From the human T2T-CHM13v2.0 reference genome, Homo sapiens: DNA of 64,000 nt. The notes under the pieces were generated by a model. It was not told the origin of the DNA, did not search any database, and worked only from the letters and a program-made list of their open reading frames with translations. A program made the translations under genes and the position numbers. The first letter of the stretch is position 1, and the number at the start of each line of letters is the position of its first letter. The DNA lies in assembly GCF_009914755.1 (NCBI RefSeq), contig NC_060948.1. The stretch is one strand, 5' to 3'. This document shows, piece after piece, positions 58,613-64,000 of the stretch.

Positions 58613-61499
58613 GAGTTCATATTCTTGTATTCACTGCAGGATAAGTGTTGAACTTCCTGGGCCTTCACTCCTTCTCTGGAAAATGAATTCAGTAATAGCA
58701 CTGACTTTACAGGATTGATAGGATGATTAAAAACCTACTTGCCTGTAACGTGCAGTAAAAGAAGTCATGAATATTTGCCATTTTTCATTTTGCCTGCCAT
58801 ATTGAGATAGTAGTTACTTATATATTAGTATAATTCTTTCCTCTTCTACATTTAATACTCATCCAAGATAATAAAATCATAAAATTTGAGGGCTAAAGTG
58901 GAATTTTAAGATCTTCTACTCTAGTCAAATTATTATTTTTTTTCCACTCTAATGATGGAAAACATGGCAGCAATAACACACATAATGTTTTTTCTTATAT
59001 AAAGACAAAAATCCCATTCTCTCTTTCACCTTTTCATTGGCTGTGGTTGTTACCTTTGAAATGAAGCTTAATACTTCCTCAAGTAGCTAGAACAAAGTGT
59101 TCAGGCAATCTCATTCATTTCATTTCTTTCTCATGACCCATAAAATTGAAACCATAGACACTCTTCACTTTCATAATATCCTGGAATGGTTTTCCACCCA
59201 GTCGGGGGAAAGCAAGGTAAGGAAAAATTTCAGAGGCAAGAAAAAAAAAAAAAAGAAAATGTTGTTATAATGGAAAATCCCATCAAAGCTTTTCAGCAAA
59301 AGCATCTAGACAGTACCCTCACATCCGTATCCATCTTTAAATGTGATACACAGATCTCTGCCCTTTAGAAAATAGGCTTAACTCTTTCTTGTTCAGAGAG
59401 GTGCTAATAAGCTTTGTAATCTTCCTGATAGAACAATATTAAATTTGCATTTCTCAGGAGAAGAAACTCATGCAGAGGGTTGGATCCAAGCTGTTTGATG
59501 AGCACTTAACAAAGTGCCTTCACTCTTTATTCATTTTGTTTGAAGAAGAGAATTTATGTTCAGCAGACCCCCATTCTTCAAGAACTGTCCTCTAATTTTC
59601 AAAAAGGATTTTGGAACAAATGGGAGCCCTTCCTGGCCAATCAAAGTATGGTGGGAGATCAGAAGCCCTTGGATCTAGGGTTTCTACTTAAGTGAAAAGA
59701 AAGGTAGTCTGGAGGAACAAAGGAAAGATTTATTTTATTTTAGTTGCAGCATCTTAACCCTGCAGTGAGAATAGTTCTCTAATTCAACCCCATGGTATGC
59801 TTATGTAAGACTTGTCTCTGGTAGTGAACTGTTTCTTCATATGCATGTTAGTGATTCATTTTCGTTCACTGGCATGACTTATCAGAACTTTCAGTGCCCA
59901 TCATCCTGGGCATATTCAGAAAAATTATTTTCCCCAGGTCTCCAAATAAGCTGATATTGGAAATAAAGGGCAGCCTTTTGGGTTATAAAAGGCAGGCAAC
60001 ACGGGCTTATGAAAAAGAATAATCAAATACCTAAATGCATTAATTCATTAACATGAAAATTCTTTCTGTGGGTCTCATCTTTGCAAGCAGATACAATATT
60101 GTCATAGTATGAGTATGACCATGCCCCTTCCTAACATGTTATTAACATCATTAATAAAGAATGGTAACAAGCCATAGTTGGTTACATCTTTTGTAAAATA
60201 TCAAAATTTTAACAATAGACCCTTCAGATGGGACAGAGTGCTGGCAACCTCAATAATCAAATTTTAGAGGTGAAATATTTAGATCTTACAGTCCATAATT
60301 AAAATAAAAATTGACTTTTTTTTTAAGTTACAAAAATAATGTTTTTAATTCTCAACATACTTTTGTCTAATAGAGACAAGGAATGGGCTTAGCTGACTTC
60401 TCCCAGTAACTTTTGCTGGTTTATAGCTGAGCCACTAGAGAAGACCTTTTCGATAGAGTAATACAGACAAAAAAGTCAGTGAGCTATATCTGGTTCACAT
60501 CAGTTTTGCAGAATCAAAGGTGACTCTCTTCATGGGAACAACCTCAAGTTTGTGTGTGCAACCACTTATAACTGATCTTGCTTTCTGTTCAACAAAGGGC
60601 AGAAGGTTTAATGTTTACAAATGGAAACATATTTTTCTAAATTGTGAAAATAACTTTCTTATACTTAAGAGTCCCTATAGTTTATTACATATATATGTAC
60701 TTTCTCCTAAAAACCTTTCCTTAACTATGACTGTCTACATTGAAATCACTGTCATTTTTATATCGAACAAGTTGCTCACAAACATTGTGCCCCAAATAAG
60801 CTTTTCTATTAGTCTCCAAGACCTCCCTTTCTGTATTACCCCCAAAACATTTTCCTTTTCTTATGATCCTTCAGTCCTTCTAGAGTTGGCCAGGCAAAGG
60901 GCGTGTGGGAAGGACATTTCATGTGGAGGGATGAGGATGCTGAAAGCCTCAGAACTGAGAGAGAGCACAGCACATTCTTGGAGGATTGATGTGAATAGGG
61001 TTCAGGAAACGTTTCCAGAACATGTCCTTTTTAATTATGTAAAAATTATCTCTATGGTATTTAACTTGACCTGAAATTTTGACACAAGGGTCCCTTGCAA
61101 ATAACCTGTTAATTTAATAGTACTACCATTATTGTCAGTCAGGAACCAAAGGAAAATAATTTTACCTTCCAAATTAACAACATTCCCAAACACCCACTTT
61201 TCCACCAAGAGCCATGTGGACAGTAGGACAGACAACACATCCTGTTTTTTAATATTGGCTGTTATTTCAAACATGCCACAAAAACTTCAATTAATTTGCA
61301 AGAAAAAGCCCTTTAGACTGTTTACAGAGAAAACAGCAATGTTTGGGGTCACTTTGAAAGTGGATTGGCCCATCTCCCCCAGAACCCAACATTCTAAAAG
61401 CATTTTTGTACTAGCAGCATTAATGGAAATGTGCTGTCCTCTGGGTTGTTACCATGGTTAACTGCAAATCCCACAAATGGTTTAAAAGAATCCCAAATA

Positions 61500-64000
61500 T
61501 TTCTTTTTTTTATTTTTTAATTTAATTATTGTTATACTTTAAGTTTTAGGGTACATGTGCACAATGTGCAGGTTAATTACACATGTATACATGTGCCATG
61601 CTGGTGTGCTGCACCCATTAACTCATCATTTAGCATTAGGTACATCTCCTAATGCTATCCCTCACCCCTCCCCCAACCCCACAACAGTCCCCAGAGTGTG
61701 ATGTTCCCCTTCCTGTGTCCACGTGTTCTCATTGTTAAATTCCCACCTATGAGTGAGAACATGCGGTGTTTGGTTTTTTGTTCTTGTGATAGTTTACTGA
61801 GAATCATGATTTCCAATTTCATCCATGTCCCTACAAAGGACATGAACTCATCATTTTTTATGGCTGCATAGTATTCCATGGTGTATATGTGCCACATTTT
61901 CTTAATCCAGTCTATCACTGTTGGACATTTGGGTTGGTTCCAAGTCTGTTATTGTTAATAGTGCCACAATAAACATACGTGTGCATGTGTCTTTATAGCA
62001 GCATGATTTATACTGCTTTGGGTATATACCCAGTAACAGCATGGCTGGGTCAAGTGGTATTTCTGGTTCTAGATCCCTGAGGAATTGCCACACTGACTTC
62101 TACAATGGTTGAACTAGTTTACAGTCACATCAACAGTGTAAAAGTGTTCCTATTTCTCCACATCCTCTCCAGCACCTGTTGTTTACTAACTTTTTAATGA
62201 TTGCCATTCTAACTGGTGTGAGATGTTATCTCATTGTGGTTTTGATTTGCATTTCTCTGATGGCCAGTGATGGTGAGCATTTTTTCACGTGTTTTTGGCT
62301 GCATAAATGTCTTCTTTTGAGAAGTGTCTGTTCACGTCCTTTGCCCACTTTTTGATGGGGTTGTTTGTTTTTTTCTTGTAAATTTGTTTGAGTTCATTGT
62401 AGATTCTGGATATTAGCCCTTTGTCAGATGAGTAGGATGTGAAAATTTTCTCCCATTTTTCAGGTTGCCTGTTCACTCTAATGGTAGTTTCTTTTGCTGT
62501 GCAGCAGCTCTTTAGTTGAATTAGATCGCATTTGTCAATTTTGGCTTTTGTTGTCATTGCTTTTGCTGTTTTAGACATGAAGTCCTTGCCCATGCCTATC
62601 TCCTGAATGGTAATGCATAGGTTTTCTTCTAGGGTTTTTATGGTTTTAAGTCTAACATGTAAGTCTTTAATCCTCTTGAATTAATTTTTGTATAAGGTGT
62701 AAGGAAGGGATCCAGTTTCAGCTTTCTCCAGTTTTCCCAGCACCACTTATTAAATAGGGAATCCTTTCCCCATTTCTTCTTTTTGTCAGGTTTGTCAAAG
62801 ATCAGATAGTTGTAGATAAGTGGTGTTATTTCTGAGGGCTCTGTTCTGTTCCATTGATGTATATCTCTGTTTTGGTACCAGTACCGTGCTGTTTTGGTTA
62901 CTGTAGCCTTGCAGTATAGTTTGAAGTCAGGTAGCGTGATCCCTCCAGCTTTGTTCTTTTGGCTTAGGATTGACTTGGTGATGTGGGCTCTTTTTTGGTT
63001 CCATATGAACTGTAAAGTAGTTTTTTCCAATTCTGTGAAGAAAGTCATTATTAGCTTGATGGGGATGGCATTGAATCTATAAATTGCCTTGGGCAGTATG
63101 GCCATTTTCATGATATTGATTCTTCCTACCCATGAGCATGGAATGTTCTTCCATTTCTTTGTATCCTCTTTTATTTCATTGAGCAGTGGTTTGTAGTTCT
63201 CCTTGAAGAGGTCCTCCCAGTCCCTTGTAAGTTGGATTCCTAGATATTCTATTCTCTTTGAAGCAATTGTGAATGGGAATTCACTCATGATTTGGCTCTC
63301 TGTTTGTCTGTTACTGATGTATAAGAATGCTTGTGATTTTTGTACATTGATTTTGTATCCCGAGACTTTGCTGAAGTTGCTTATCAGCTTAAGGAGATTT
63401 TGGGTTGAGACAGTGGGGTTTTCTAGATATACAATCATGTCATCTGCAAACACGGACAATTTGACTTCCTCTTTTCCTAATTGAATACTCTTTATTTCCT
63501 TCTCCTGCCTGATTGCCCTGGCCAGAACTTCCAACACTATGTTGAATAGGAGTGGTGAGAGAGGGCATCCCTGTCTTTTGCCAGTTTTCAAAGGGAATGC
63601 TTCCAGTTTTTGCCCATTCAGTATGATATTGGCTGTGGTTTTGTCATAGATAGCTCTTATTATTTTGAGATACGTACCAGCAATACCTAATTTATTGAGA
63701 GTTTTTCGCATGAAGGGTTGTTGAATATTGTCAAAGACCTTTTCTGCCTCTATTGAGATAATCATGTGGTTTTTGTCTTTGGTTCTGTTTATATGCTGGA
63801 CTACATTTATTGATTTGCATATGTTGAACCAGCCTTGCCTCCCAGGGATGAAGCCCACTTGATCATGGTGGATAAGCTTTTTGATGTGCTGCTGGATTTG
63901 GTTTGCCAGTATTTTATTGTGGATTTTTGCATCAATGTTCATCAAGGATACTCGTCTAAAATTCTCTTTTTTGGTTGTGTCTCTGCCCAGCTTTGGTATC
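61500..64000 (-). mobile_element. L1PA (relatively young, about PA3-PA5), 3' 2.5 kb; continues past the window end
   Basis: Poly(A) and 3'UTR; 435-aa ORF2 segment 62638-63945 with the RT motif [11 protein letters not shown]; frameshifts downstream. Confidence 0.96.

Noticed and set aside
60520-61074. 184-aa ORF
   Set aside because: GTG start, composition typical of AT-rich non-coding DNA, no motif recognised.
62638-63945. 435-aa reverse transcriptase ORF
   Set aside because: Ordinary L1 ORF2 fragment with downstream frameshifts; not a novel RT system or an intact L1.

Overview
Primate genomic DNA, almost certainly human because it contains an AluYa5 with all five diagnostic bases. It is AT-rich, CpG-poor and dense in repeats. 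The only gene-like content is an unprocessed, disabled copy of steroid sulfatase on the + strand. Five exons (classic STS exons 2-6) keep their AG/GT splice sites but carry nonsense codons and frameshifts, which fits the Y-linked pseudogene STSP1. The rest is retrotransposon and DNA-transposon debris: one full-length L1PA, three L1s with twin-priming inversions, another L1 running off the right end, about 20 Alus, MaLR/ERV LTRs, MER20 and Tigger remnants, and several microsatellites. I see no intact protein-coding gene and no novel biological system. The most interesting signals are insertion-mechanism footprints and a speculative L1 antisense-promoter/ORF0 splice route into the pseudogene. 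STS comparisons and repeat subfamily names rely on my recall of reference sequences, not on a database search.
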